32,000 bases of DNA from Mycoplasma mycoides subsp. capri (GTDB taxonomy: Bacteria > Bacillota_I > Bacilli_A > Mycoplasmatales > Mycoplasmataceae): NCBI RefSeq assembly GCF_018389705.1, contig NZ_CP065581.1, positions 60,001 to 92,000 on the forward strand, in the 5' to 3' direction. Below are positions 8,672 through 21,249 of the stretch, piece after piece. Under the pieces are notes generated by a model. It did not search any database. It was not told the DNA's origin and was given only the letters and a program-made list of their open reading frames with translations. The position numbers and the translations under genes are program-made. How positions within the stretch are numbered: position 1 is the stretch's first letter; every line of letters begins with the position of its first letter.

Positions 8672-10780
8672 TTATGGATTCAAACTAATAGTTTTTAACT
8701 TATCCTTTTTTAATTTTTCTATTAATCCATCTATTATTTTAGGTGATTGGTTATTTTTTGTTAAATAATCATTACTTAGTGAATTAAATAGAATAACACC
8801 ATTAGTTTGCACATATGCAGGTAAAGTAAACTTTTTTCCAGCATAGTCAGGTAGTGGAATTGAAATATATTTACTTCCAGGAACGTCTTGAACTTCAGTA
8901 TTTAAAATTCCAATTACATTAAATGATGAATCGATAACCATAGATCCAGATGCACCTTGTTTTAGTGCAAGTTGACCAAAAGGAATGTTTGTATATAAAG
9001 TTGAAAATTGGTCAGCAATTGTTAGATTCATCCCATGTTCTTTGTCAACAAATGGTTTTTCATATTTTTGTCAATTATTATTTAATGAATTGTATTCCTT
9101 ATTTTTGTTTTGATCATATTTTAGTCAAATATCTCTAAAGTAAATATCTTCTAAAATCTTTCTTTGTGTTGAAATTAGGCCACCTTCAGATTTAAGTCCT
9201 CTAAACTGAGTGCCACTTATAAAAGGATTTCAGTTCTTTGGATATCCTGCATAAAATTGAGTTTGTAAAGGACTAAATTTATTTTTATTAAACTTAATGT
9301 ATCAATCTTTTTCTTCTTTTTTGTCAATTACTTCTGCTAGGCTTGGAAGAAGTTGCTTTAATTTATTTTTTTCAATCTTTAAACGTAAAGTTAAAAAATC
9401 AGCACCAGAATTATTGGTTTTAGATAAATAATCATTATCTTTGAAATACAAAGACTTTTTATTAAAATCTTTGAAATAAATATTATCAGCACCATATCTA
9501 GGTGTATAGTAAGGAGCAACTAAATATTGTGAATAAGCATCAAAAGCATCAAATGATTTATTTTTATCAACATCTGTTTCAACTAAACCGTTTTTATTAT
9601 CTATTTTTTTTGTTCTATTAGCTTTTAAATAAACTTTCATATTTCTATTGTCATCAGTATCTTTGGTATTTTTACCATCATAAAATCCAACAGGAAATTC
9701 TTTTCATTTTTGATCTGATACTTTATTATTAAAAATACTTTTATCAAAAGTTTTTCTTAAACTAAATACATGAATATTTGTAGCTAATAAAAGTTCATAA
9801 TTATCTTTATCAGTTTTATTGTCAATTCTATCTATTACTCAAGCAGTTCCTGAAGCATTAGCAAAATTTAATCTTGGATGTTCTTTTAAAGTTTTTTCGT
9901 CTTGATCAATAACTCATTGTTTTACATTAATTTCTAATTGAAAACTACGTTCATGAATGTATTTAAAATAATCATTATTAGTTTTTAAAAAATTATTTTT
10001 ATCTTTATCAGTTTTATAATAATATTTTTTATTTTTTGTTTTAATCAATAGCTCAAAACTTCCTTTAATATCATCATGTTTAGACTTTAAAAAAATAATA
10101 TCTTTTATTTTAAAAAGTTTTTCTAGTGATTCAAAATTAGCATAAGATAATAGCTGACTTAAATTTGATGGTAAAAACCCAAAAGGATTTGTTTTAACTA
10201 GGTTTTTAAAGTCAAAATCTGTAGTAGTTAAATTTCTAATTTCTTCATCTTTTAATTGTTCTAGTTTTTGTTGTTTTATTGAATAAGAAAGTGGAATGTG
10301 TGGATTATAAAATTTAGTTCTACTAATTTTATCTTCTCCGATGTTTCCATATTCTCCTAATTTTGAGGCAAGTTCTCAATAGTTTTTTTGATATTCTTTA
10401 TGATCATAAAGAGTAAAATCAATATTATTATTTTTTACAAAGTTATTAAATTCTTTTTGACCAATTATATAGTCTTTAGTTTGTTTATGAATTTGATATG
10501 GTGTTAGATTTTGTAATTGATTAATATCTAAAAAATGTGAGTTAAATAGTTGAATTTCATCATTTTTATCTATTTTATTTTTTGAATCACTTTGATTCTG
10601 ATTCTGATTTTGATTTGTTTGATTATTTTGATTTTGGTTATTATTTGAATTGCTATTGTTATTAGGTTTTTGATCAATTTTATTTGAATCAGTTTTATAA
10701 CAAGAAATAGTTGAAACACTTGGAATAACAACAATACTTGATATAAAAACAAATTTAAGTTTATTTATTAATTTATTCAT
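8672..10780 (-). CDS. surface lipoprotein with a DUF31-type (chymotrypsin-fold) putative serine protease domain
   Basis: Track ORFs 10376..10798, 9302..9640 and 8672..9031 share one frame, and the gaps contain only TGA codons (702 aa from the ATG at 10780, which follows GGAG). The signal peptide has a lipobox (VSTIS-C). An N/Q-rich linker follows. The candidate catalytic triad motifs are ATNIHV, SGADF and GASGS (8942-8956). Confidence 0.8.
10590..10662 (-). repeat. imperfect AAT/CAA/CAG repeat encoding an N/Q-rich linker
   Basis: The plus strand reads tgattc tgattc tgattt tgattt gtttgattattttgattttggttatt... This encodes NNNSNSNNNQNQNNQTNQNQNQNQS just after the lipoprotein cysteine. Confidence 0.85.
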
Positions 10781-10853
10781 GTAGGAATTCTCCAACATAA
10801 TTTTAGTATTAATTTATAGTATTTATTATTTCAAAAATTGAATTTAATTTAAC

Positions 10854-10882
10854 AAAAAAACCTTAATAAAACTATTAAGGTT
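10854..10882 (-). terminator. rho-independent terminator after bcp
   Basis: The complement reads AACCUUAAUA-GUUU-UAUUAAGGUU followed by UUUUUUU. Confidence 0.65.
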
Positions 10883-10927
10883 AATTACAATTTAATATCA
10901 TAAGTTATAGTAGAATTTACTAATTTA

Positions 10928-11377
10928 TTAGTCATTCTTTTTTAAGTACTCTAAAAGATCGCTAACATGTTCAATGTGATCAACATTTCTAAATTCTTTT
11001 AATAAATTTAATTGGTTATCTAAAACAAATGTTGAACGTTCATATTTAACAAATGGTTCATCATCTAAAACAATTGTTTCACTTGTTAAATTAAATTCAT
11101 TTACTAAATCTTTGTTTAAATCAGAAAGTAATAAAAAACTTAAATTTTGTTCACAACAAAATTCATCATTTTTATTAGGTTCATCTTGACTGACTCCAAC
11201 TACATTAAATCCTAATTGTTTAAATTCATCTAAATGTTTTTGATATTCTATAACTTCTAAAGTACATAAAGAGGTTTTAGCTTTAGGATAAAAAAAGATA
11301 ATAAGACCTTTTTGCCCAACTAAGCTGTTTAATTCTACTAAGTTATTTTTATGATCTTTTAATTGATAATTTTTCAT
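10928..11377 (-). CDS. bcp: thiol peroxidase / peroxiredoxin, Bcp type (AhpC/TSA family)
   Basis: 149-aa ORF with the peroxiredoxin active-site context FFYPKAKTSLCTLE (PxxxTxxC). An AAGGAGG ribosome-binding site is present. Confidence 0.8.
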   Translation of the reverse strand: MKNYQLKDHKNNLVELNSLVGQKGLIIFFYPKAKTSLCTLEVIEYQKHLDEFKQLGFNVVGVSQDEPNKNDEFCCEQNLSFLLLSDLNKDLVNEFNLTSETIVLDDEPFVKYERSTFVLDNQLNLLKEFRNVDHIEHVSDLLEYLKKND

Positions 11378-11486
11378 AACTTCCTCCTTGAAATCATATG
11401 AATATTGTAGTCCTTTTTTTAAAAAAAACTAATCTAAAATATTTAATCAGTGTTTTTTATATAATTTATGTATAGAAAGGTCGATT

Positions 11487-13229
11487 ATGAATTTTAAAAA
11501 AATAAAATTTAAAAACACTGATTTTAAACAGCTATCATCAAATATTACAGCGGTTTTACAAAAATTTGGACGCGGATTAATGTTACCAATTTCAATATTA
11601 CCTTTTGCTGGTTTACTACTAGGAATTGGTGGAGCAATTGGAGCAAATATTAGTAGTACTAATGAAGTTGGTTTAATTATAAGCAGATCGTTAAAAGCAA
11701 TGTCTGAAATAGTTTTTGCAAATCTAGCAATTTTATTTACTATTTCAATCGTAATTACTTTTACAAATGAATCAGGATCGGCTGCTTTTTTAGCAATTCT
11801 AGGTTATTTAGTTTTTAATTCAACTCAAGCAGCATTTATTCATTACAACAATAATGTTTTAGTTGATGTGTTTTATATTCATAAAGGTGAATGATTAAAA
11901 GCAATTATTGGTTCTAATTTAGGAATCACTTCGCTTCAAACTTCGTTATTTGGTTCTATTATAGTTGGAATTATTATTGTAAAAATTTATAACAAATTTA
12001 AATATATTCAACTACCAAATGCTTTAAGCTTTTTTTCAGGAATTAGATTTTTACCAATTTTAATTATTCCAAGTATGTTTTTATTGGGATTATTATTTTT
12101 AATAGTTTGACCTTATGTTGGTTTTGTGATTAATCAAATAGGAATAGGTTTATCTAAAACTCCAACTGGTGTTGATGGATTTATTTATGGAGTTTTTGGA
12201 AGAGCGTTAATGCCATTTGGACTACATCACATTTTAATTACTTTAGCTTATCAAACTCAATTTGGTGGAATTTTAGAATATGATAAGTTAATAAGTCAAT
12301 TAGAAAAAATGAATGTTGATCAAAACACAATAAATCAAATAAGTGAAGCATTTAAAAGTTTTACTAAAAATAATTCACAAATTATAATTGGAGATCAAAA
12401 CATTTGAAACTTCATTAATTCAATTCCATTAAATAATATTCAAAAAACACCAATTTTTCAATGATTTTCTTACAATTTAAATATTAATGCAGGAAGATTT
12501 ACTCAAGATTATCCAACTTATCTAGGAACTTGTATGGGAATTGGATTAGCATTTATTTTAACAAGTAATAAAGAAACTAGAAAACAAACAGCTTCAGTAA
12601 TTTTAAGTGCTATGGGTGTGTCATTTTTAACTGGAATTACTGAACCATTAGAATTTACTTTCTTATTTATTACACCAGTTTTATATTATGCAGTTTATGT
12701 GCCTTTTTCAGGATTGAGTTATCTATTTATGAGTTTAGTTAATGCTCATGTTGGAGTAGGTTTTGCTAGAGGATTTATTGATCTAATAGTTTATGGAGCT
12801 TTACCTGTTTTAAAAGGAACTAGATTCTATTGAGCATTTGTTTTTGCTTTAATTCAAGGACTTGTTATTTTTGTGATTTTTTACTTTTGAATTATTAAAA
12901 AAGATCTACCAACTCCTGGAAGAAAAGATAATGTATTAGGATTAATTAGTAAAAAAGATTATCAAGAATTAAAGAATAAAAATAATAATGAACAAAGAAT
13001 TTTAGAAATAATTAAAGCTTTAGGAACAATAAAAAACATTAAATCAGTTTCAGCGTGTGCTACTAGATTAAGAGTTGAAATAGTAGATCAAAGTTTAGTA
13101 AATATTGAAGAACTAAATAAATTAGGTAGTCATGGAAACATTATTAAAAACAATAATATTCAAGTAATATTTGGTGGAGAAGCTACTATTTTGTCAGAAA
13201 AAATAAACAATATATTAAACAAAAAATAA
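11487..13229 (+). CDS. ptsG: PTS sugar transporter, glucose-family EIIC-EIIB fusion
   Basis: Track ORFs 11487.., 12126.. and 12534.. share one frame, joined through TGA codons to TAA at 13227-13229 (580 aa). The polytopic EIIC has the GLHHI motif. The C-terminal EIIB has the phosphocysteine motif SACATRLRVE. No EIIA domain is present. The sugar specificity is not determinable from the sequence. Confidence 0.8.
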
Positions 13230-13348
13230 TAATAAAATCACAAATAAACTTGTACACATAGTAAGTTACAAATTTTTTATTAAAATTACTTATTGTAATA
13301 GATAATATATTGTGCTATGTTATTATAGTTTTAGAAAGAGTGTAATAT

Positions 13349-13639
13349 ATGTTCAGAAAGATTTTTAAAATTCTTATCTCTTTAGTTTTAGCAGCTATTA
13401 TTATTTTGATTGGAATTATTGTTTTAGGATTTTCAACAAGTACTACTGATCTAAACTTCCTACAAAGAGCAACCAATATTTTAAAAAGTCATAATTTTAT
13501 AGATCTATTAAAACTAAACTTATCATCAGTACAAGAGAAAATTGGAGTTGTACTAGTTGTTTATGTAGGACCTTTAATTTTTATAGCTGGGTTTATTTGA
13601 AACTTCTTTAGATTATTATCTACTATATTTAAAAAATAA
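13349..13639 (+). CDS. hypothetical small membrane protein (96 aa)
   Basis: Track ORF 13349..13600 extends through TGA to TAA at 13637-13639. It has two hydrophobic segments (ISLVLAAIIILIGIIVLGF and VVLVVYVGPLIFIAGFIW). Confidence 0.55.
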
Positions 13640-13658
13640 AATAAGATAAAATAAATTA

Positions 13659-14240
13659 ATGAATAAAATAAAATTAATTATTAATTGAATATCTTATTTT
13701 AAAAGTATTAAATACGTAGTTTTAACAGCAATTTTGTCAAGCTTATTAACAGTTATAGCCTTAACTACTTCTATGATTCAAATCGCAGGAACTGGTTTGT
13801 TTCAAGTTGCAGATGGGTTGTTTTTAAGTTTGACTTTTTTTATTCCTGGTCCTATGATGCTAGTTGTTGGTTGTGTTTATGCAATGATTTTTGATTTAGT
13901 TTCAGGAGCAGTTTTTTATGTTCCTATTTCAATTATTATTCATATTTTAATGTTTGCTACAATCAAATTATTAATGTATAAATTACCATTTTATTTAAAT
14001 ATAATGATTGCTGAACTCTTTATATTTTTATATGTTTTATATGCTTATCTAATTAATTATTATTCTAATTCTAGTGATACTAGTCAAGCTAATGTTAAAG
14101 CATTAATATCTTTAATAACTGATTTTATTCAATATTTAGTATCAGTAATTTCTGCAATAGTTTTATACAATGTGTTTAATACTCAGAGTTTTTTAAACTT
14201 ATTTAAAAAATTAGATATTGATATTTATAAAAATAAATAA
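13659..14240 (+). CDS. hypothetical polytopic membrane protein (193 aa), possibly an ECF-type substrate-capture component
   Basis: An ATG at 13659 is in frame with track ORF 13734.. (a TTG start in the track), with one TGA between them. There are about 5-6 hydrophobic segments. The ADGLFLSLTFFIPGPMMLVVGCVYAMIFDLVSG pattern loosely resembles ECF S components. The functional guess is weak. Confidence 0.6.
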
Positions 14241-14354
14241 GCTTTTTGCAATTTTATATTTGATTTATATGTAGTGATAAAATAAAACCGTAAATGCCAA
14301 TCATAAATAATATGACATTTTATTATATATATTTGTTTGATTAAGGAGAATAAT

Positions 14355-15473
14355 ATGAAAATAGGATTACCTAAAGAAATTAAACAAAATGAAAATCGTG
14401 TTGGTATTACTCCTATGGGAGTTGTTGAATTAATTAGAAATAATCATGAAGTTTTAGTTGAATCAGGAGCTGGATTAGGTAGTGGTTTTAGTGATCTTGA
14501 ATATGAAAAAGCGGGAGCAAAAATCACTAAAAATGTAGAAGATGTTTGAAAACAAGAAATGATTGTTAAAGTTAAAGAACCTTTAAAATCAGAATACAAA
14601 TATTTTTATGAAAACCAAATTATTTTTACTTATTTTCACTTAGCTGGTTTAAAAGATTTAACAGAAGAATTAATCAAAAATAAAGTCATTGCTATTGCTT
14701 ATGAAACTGTTCAAACACCAGACAAAGCTTTACCTTTATTACGTCCAATGAGTGAAGTTGCTGGAAGAATGGCAGTTATTATTGCTTCAAATTTATTATT
14801 AAAAAATACAGATAAAGATGCTTTAGGTGTACTTGTTAGTGGAACTCCTGGAACTCCAAAAGCTAATATTACTATTATTGGTGGAGGAGTTGCTGGGACT
14901 TCAGCTCTTAGATTAGCAATAGCTATGGAAGCTAATGTTACTATAATTGAATTTAATGAAAATAGAATTAGACAACTATATGAAACATATGGACACAAAG
15001 CAAACATATTAAAATCAAATTATGCAAATATTGCAAAAGCCGTTAAAGAAAGTGATGTAGTTATTTCAACTGTATTAATTCCTGGTAAATTAGCACCTAA
15101 ATTAGTAACAACAGAAATGGTTAAAACAATGAAACCAAATAGTGTTATTATTGATGTTGCTATTGATCAAGGTGGAAGTGTTGAAACTGTTGATCATATT
15201 AGTTCACATGCTGATCCTACTTTTATAAGACATAATGTCATTCATTATTCAGTTCCTAACATTCCTGGGGCAGTTCCAAGAACCTCAACAATTGCTTTGA
15301 CTAATGCTACACTTACTTATGTAGTAGAAATCGCATCTAAAGGGTGAAAAAAAGCTATTCAAGACAATAGTGCATTAAAATTAGGTGTACAAACTGTTAA
15401 TGGTAAATTAGTTTATAAAAACGTTGCTGATTCATTAAATATTCAATATACAGAAATAGATAATGCAATATAA
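14355..15473 (+). CDS. ald: alanine dehydrogenase
   Basis: Track ORFs 14337..14549 and 14559..15347 share one frame, joined through TGA codons to TAA at 15471-15473 (372 aa). The ATG at 14355 follows AAGGAG. The N-terminus [20 protein letters not shown] and the Rossmann motif [11 protein letters not shown] are typical of the AlaDH/PNT family. Confidence 0.9.
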
Positions 15474-15482
15474 TAAAAAAAC

Positions 15483-15508
15483 AAAATCTAGCAATTGCTA
15501 GATTTTTT
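15483..15508 (+). terminator. rho-independent terminator after ald
   Basis: aaaatctagca-at-tgctagatttt followed by tt. Confidence 0.7.
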
Positions 15509-15577
15509 ATATCTATTTTTAAATCTTAATTAAGTTAATTAATAACTATAAAGATATTATTTTTTTAATTTAAAAAA

Positions 15578-15721
15578 TAGATTTATTTTTTAGGATTTGA
15601 GTTTTTTATTATAGATTCTATTATGTTATTAGTGAGTTGTATTTATGTAATGCTTTTATCAATTAATAGATTAGATATTGATATTTACCATATACCTTAT
15701 TTTAAAAAAATGTTAAAATAA
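15578..15721 (+). pseudogene. decayed, internally deleted fragment of a paralog of the 13659..14240 membrane-protein gene
   Basis: Two collinear matches to that gene. The first, 15591-15668 (LGFEFFIIDSIMLLVSCIYVMLL), matches 13827-13904 (LSLTFFIPGPMMLVVGCVYAMIF), with about 63% nucleotide identity by hand count. The second is an exact 17-nt match, ttagatattgatattta (15671-15687), to the gene's 3' end (..LDIDIY..). There is no start codon or ribosome-binding site, and the upstream part is broken by stops. Confidence 0.5.
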
Positions 15722-15768
15722 ACATTTAATAGGTTATAATATTATGAAAACTAAAAAGGAGATAGAGA

Positions 15769-16593
15769 ATGAAGAAATATTTTTGTAATTTAAAAACAAG
15801 TATTAGTCAAAACAAAAAACAATATTTAATTAGGTTAGGTTGTTTACTAATTGGATTGTATTTGTTTTCATTATCAATTGCTTTATATGTGCCAACAGCA
15901 GTAGGAGCAAGTCATGTAGATTTTACAAACTTTAGTATATTAGCATTGTTTAAAGATTGAGCAAAAGTTGAAGACAAAACTGTTGAAGGATTAGTTGCTG
16001 CAACTAATTACAAACTAGCTTTAATGTCATTATATGGATTTTTATTACTAGTTTCAGTTGTGTTTCTAGTGTTATCAATTATTAGAGAATACAAAGTCAC
16101 AAAAGATAAAAAGCTATGATTGCAATTAATACCACTAATTGTTTTAGATGTAATAATTAACGTTGGATTATCATATGTAATTGATGGTCAAATTGAAATG
16201 TTAAAAGTAATTGGATATTTAGATTGAATGTTTAATCAATCAACTGCTTACCAATTTAGAACAATATTTTTCACAATTGCATTTGTTTTATATATTGCTG
16301 GACTAACATTTTGAATTCACTCAGGTTGATTATTAGGATCATATAACTCAATCAACACAAACTTTATGAGATTAACTAAATTACCATTTAATGTTTCAAG
16401 AGTGTTAATGGATGTATTAATTATTATTCCTGGAGTTATTATGCTTTTAGTAAATCCTATATCTTGAGATATTAAAGCTAAATTCTTATTAAACTATGTA
16501 AATATTGGTACTATAGGATTCTTATTCTTAGCAGGACCAATGTTAGGAAAAACATTAGGATTACTTAATAAAATTACAAAAATATATCAATAA
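15769..16593 (+). CDS. hypothetical polytopic membrane protein (274 aa), YczE/DUF-type
   Basis: Track ORF 15769..15960 continues in frame through several TGA codons to TAA at 16591-16593. It has about 6-7 hydrophobic segments. A GGAG ribosome-binding site is present. The family assignment is uncertain. Confidence 0.65.
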
Positions 16594-16597
16594 TATC

Positions 16598-16622
16598 AAA
16601 ACAAGCCACGGCTTGTTTTTTT
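16598..16622 (+). terminator. rho-independent terminator
   Basis: aaaacaagcc-ac-ggcttgtttt followed by ttt. Confidence 0.7.
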
Positions 16623-16675
16623 GTTTTAAGAATTACTTATAATATAATTAATGTTAATAAAAGGAGTTTTTTGTA

Positions 16676-17942
<1,267 letters not shown>

Positions 17943-17944
<2 letters not shown>

Positions 17945-17976
17945 AAGTTCAAGCAATTTTAAGTTTTGAACTTTTT
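17943..17976 (+). terminator. candidate terminator after serS
   Basis: A 10-bp stem (aaaagttcaa ... ttgaactttt) with a 13-nt loop, followed by a T-rich stretch. Confidence 0.45.
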
Positions 17977-18045
17977 GTATTTCTCATTAATTTATTTATT
18001 TTAATTTTGTAATAAAATTACATAGAAAAAAGGAAGAATAATATT

Positions 18046-18360
18046 ATGCCAATTATTAAATTTAGTGGACTAGATAAAGAACAAGTTAACCAATTTTCTA
18101 AAAATATTCAAACAATTGCAGAATTAGTAAAAGCAGACCCAAAAAACATTTTTGTTATTTGAGAAAATTCAGAAATTTTTGTAACAGAACCTGATACTAA
18201 ACCAATTTATGTAACAGTTGAATGAATGTCAAGACCAGATAAAGAACAATTATTAGCTGATTTTATTGTTGATTATTTTAAAGATTATTCACAAAAAGTA
18301 TGAGTTTTCTTTACTGATGTAAATTCTAAGTTATATGCACATAGAAAAAAAATAGGATAA
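18046..18360 (+). CDS. small conserved protein, DUF1904-like (tautomerase-like fold), 104 aa
   Basis: Absent from the ORF track because of three in-frame TGA codons. Code-4 translation: MPIIKFSGLDKEQVNQFSKNIQTIAELVKADPKNIFVIWENSEIFVTEPDTKPIYVTVEWMSRPDKEQ...AHRKKIG. An AGGAAG ribosome-binding site is present. The stop lies 1 nt before the dusB ATG. Confidence 0.7.
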
Positions 18361-18361
18361 G

Positions 18362-19336
18362 ATGAAAATCAGAGACATACAAATCGATGGTAAAGTAGTC
18401 CAAGGCCCAATGGCTGGTGTTAGTAATGAAGCTTTTAGAATAATTTCAAAACAACACGGAGCTAGTTTAGTTTATGCTGAAATGGTTTCAGTTGCTGGTA
18501 TGGTTCATGATAATAAAAAAACACTTAATATGTTAAATGTTAATGAGATTGAACATCCAATGAGTATGCAAATATTTGGAAATGATGTTGATGAATTTAT
18601 TAAAGCAACTCAATGAATTGAAAAAAATGTTGATTGTGACATTATTGATTTAAATTTAGGCTGCCCTGCACCAAAAGTTGCTATACGTTCTCAAAGTGGT
18701 TCAGCTTTATTAAAAACTCCAGATTTAATTTATGAAATTGTAAAAAATGTTGTTAAAAATACTACTAAACCAGTAACTGCAAAAATTAGGTTAGGATGAG
18801 ATAAAAATAGTGTTAATGCTGTTGAAGTTGCCAAACTGATTGAAAAGGCTGGAGCTAGTGCAATTGCCGTTCATGCTAGAACTAGAAATGATTTTTATAC
18901 TGGGCATGCTGATTGGGAAAAAATTAAAGAAGTAAAACAAGCTGTAAGTATTCCTGTAATTGGAAATGGTGATGTTATTGATGCCAAATCAGCTAAAAAA
19001 ATGTTAGATGAGACTGGGTGTGATGCTGTTATGGTATCAAGAGCTTGTCAAGGTAACCCTTGAATTTTTGATCAAATTAATCATTATTTAAAAACAGGAA
19101 AAGAACTAGAAAAACCTAGTTTTGAAGAATGAAAAACAACAGTTTTACAACATTTAGATTTATTAGTAAAGTTAAAAACCGAGCAACATGCAATTAAAGA
19201 ATTTAGAAAACATTTAACTTGATACTTAGATGTTTTAAATAATAAAGCACTAACTAAAATTCTAAAAGAAAAAGCTAATAAAATAGAGACTATTAAAGAT
19301 GTAGAAGAGATTATCAAGGAGTATAAAGAAGAATAA
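18362..19336 (+). CDS. dusB: tRNA-dihydrouridine synthase
   Basis: Track ORF 18362..18616 continues through TGA codons to TAA at 19334-19336 (324 aa). Dus-family motifs are present: QGPMAGVSNEAFR, DLNLGCPAPKV and AVHARTR. Confidence 0.88.
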
Positions 19337-19338
19337 GT

Positions 19339-20841
<1,503 letters not shown>

Positions 20842-20844
20842 TTG

Positions 20845-20872
20845 AGTAGAACTTATATGTTCTACTTTTTTA
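20845..20872 (+). terminator. rho-independent terminator after lysS
   Basis: agtagaac-ttatat-gttctact followed by ttttt. Confidence 0.65.
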
Positions 20873-20894
20873 TTACAAAACTAAAATTTAATAA

Positions 20895-20927
20895 TAAAAA
20901 AACCAACCTGTTATAAAAGTTGGTTAT
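20895..20927 (-). terminator. rho-independent terminator after trxA
   Basis: The complement reads AACCAAC-UUUUAUAACAG-GUUGGUU followed by UUUUUUU. Confidence 0.6.
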
Positions 20928-20930
20928 GTA

Positions 20931-21239
20931 TTAATCAATCAATTTCTTTAATTGGTCAGGAGTAGCAAATCCTATATGTTTATTTACTTGATTTCCATTT
21001 TCAAAAGTTATTAGTGTAGGAATTGACATTATTCTAAATTCTTCAGCAACTTGACGATTTAAATCAACATCTACATCTAAAAATTTAACACCTTCAACTT
21101 TTTTAGCAAAATCATGAAGAATTGGTGCTAACATTTTGCAAGGTCCACATCAAGTAGCATTAAAATCTACAAGTACCTTTCCTTCTTTGATTTCTTTGTC
21201 AAATTGTTCTTTTGAAGTGATTTTAATTATATCTGCCAT
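20931..21239 (-). CDS. trxA: thioredoxin
   Basis: Track ORF 20931..21134 extends upstream through TGA (21150-21152) to the ATG at 21239 (102 aa). The active site W-C-G-P-C is encoded as TGA TGT GGA CCT TGC. Confidence 0.92.
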
Positions 21240-21249
21240 TATATCTCTC

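Noticed and set aside
8950-9138. Plus-strand 62-aa ORF.
   Set aside because: It is antisense to the DUF31 lipoprotein gene, has no ribosome-binding site and has an odd composition.
10570-10752. Minus-strand 60-aa ORF in an alternative frame.
   Set aside because: It is a low-complexity artefact of the N/Q repeat region, out of frame within the lipoprotein gene.
11378-11486. The T7A8 palindrome (cctttttttaaaaaaaac) in the bcp/ptsG divergent region, considered as a regulatory site.
   Set aside because: It is a simple AT homopolymer junction typical of AT-rich intergenic DNA. It has no flanking specific half-sites, so a call is not supportable.
14711-15007. Minus-strand 98-aa ORF.
   Set aside because: It is antisense to the conserved Rossmann-fold region of ald and is a typical shadow ORF.
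16594-16675. A T-box riboswitch leader ahead of serS, and similarly ahead of lysS at 19337.
   Set aside because: The serS leader is only about 55 nt after the preceding terminator, and lysS starts 2 nt after dusB. Both are far too short for a T-box, and no T-box consensus is seen.
19084-19317. Minus-strand 77-aa ORF.
   Set aside because: It is antisense to the 3' part of dusB, with no supporting signals.
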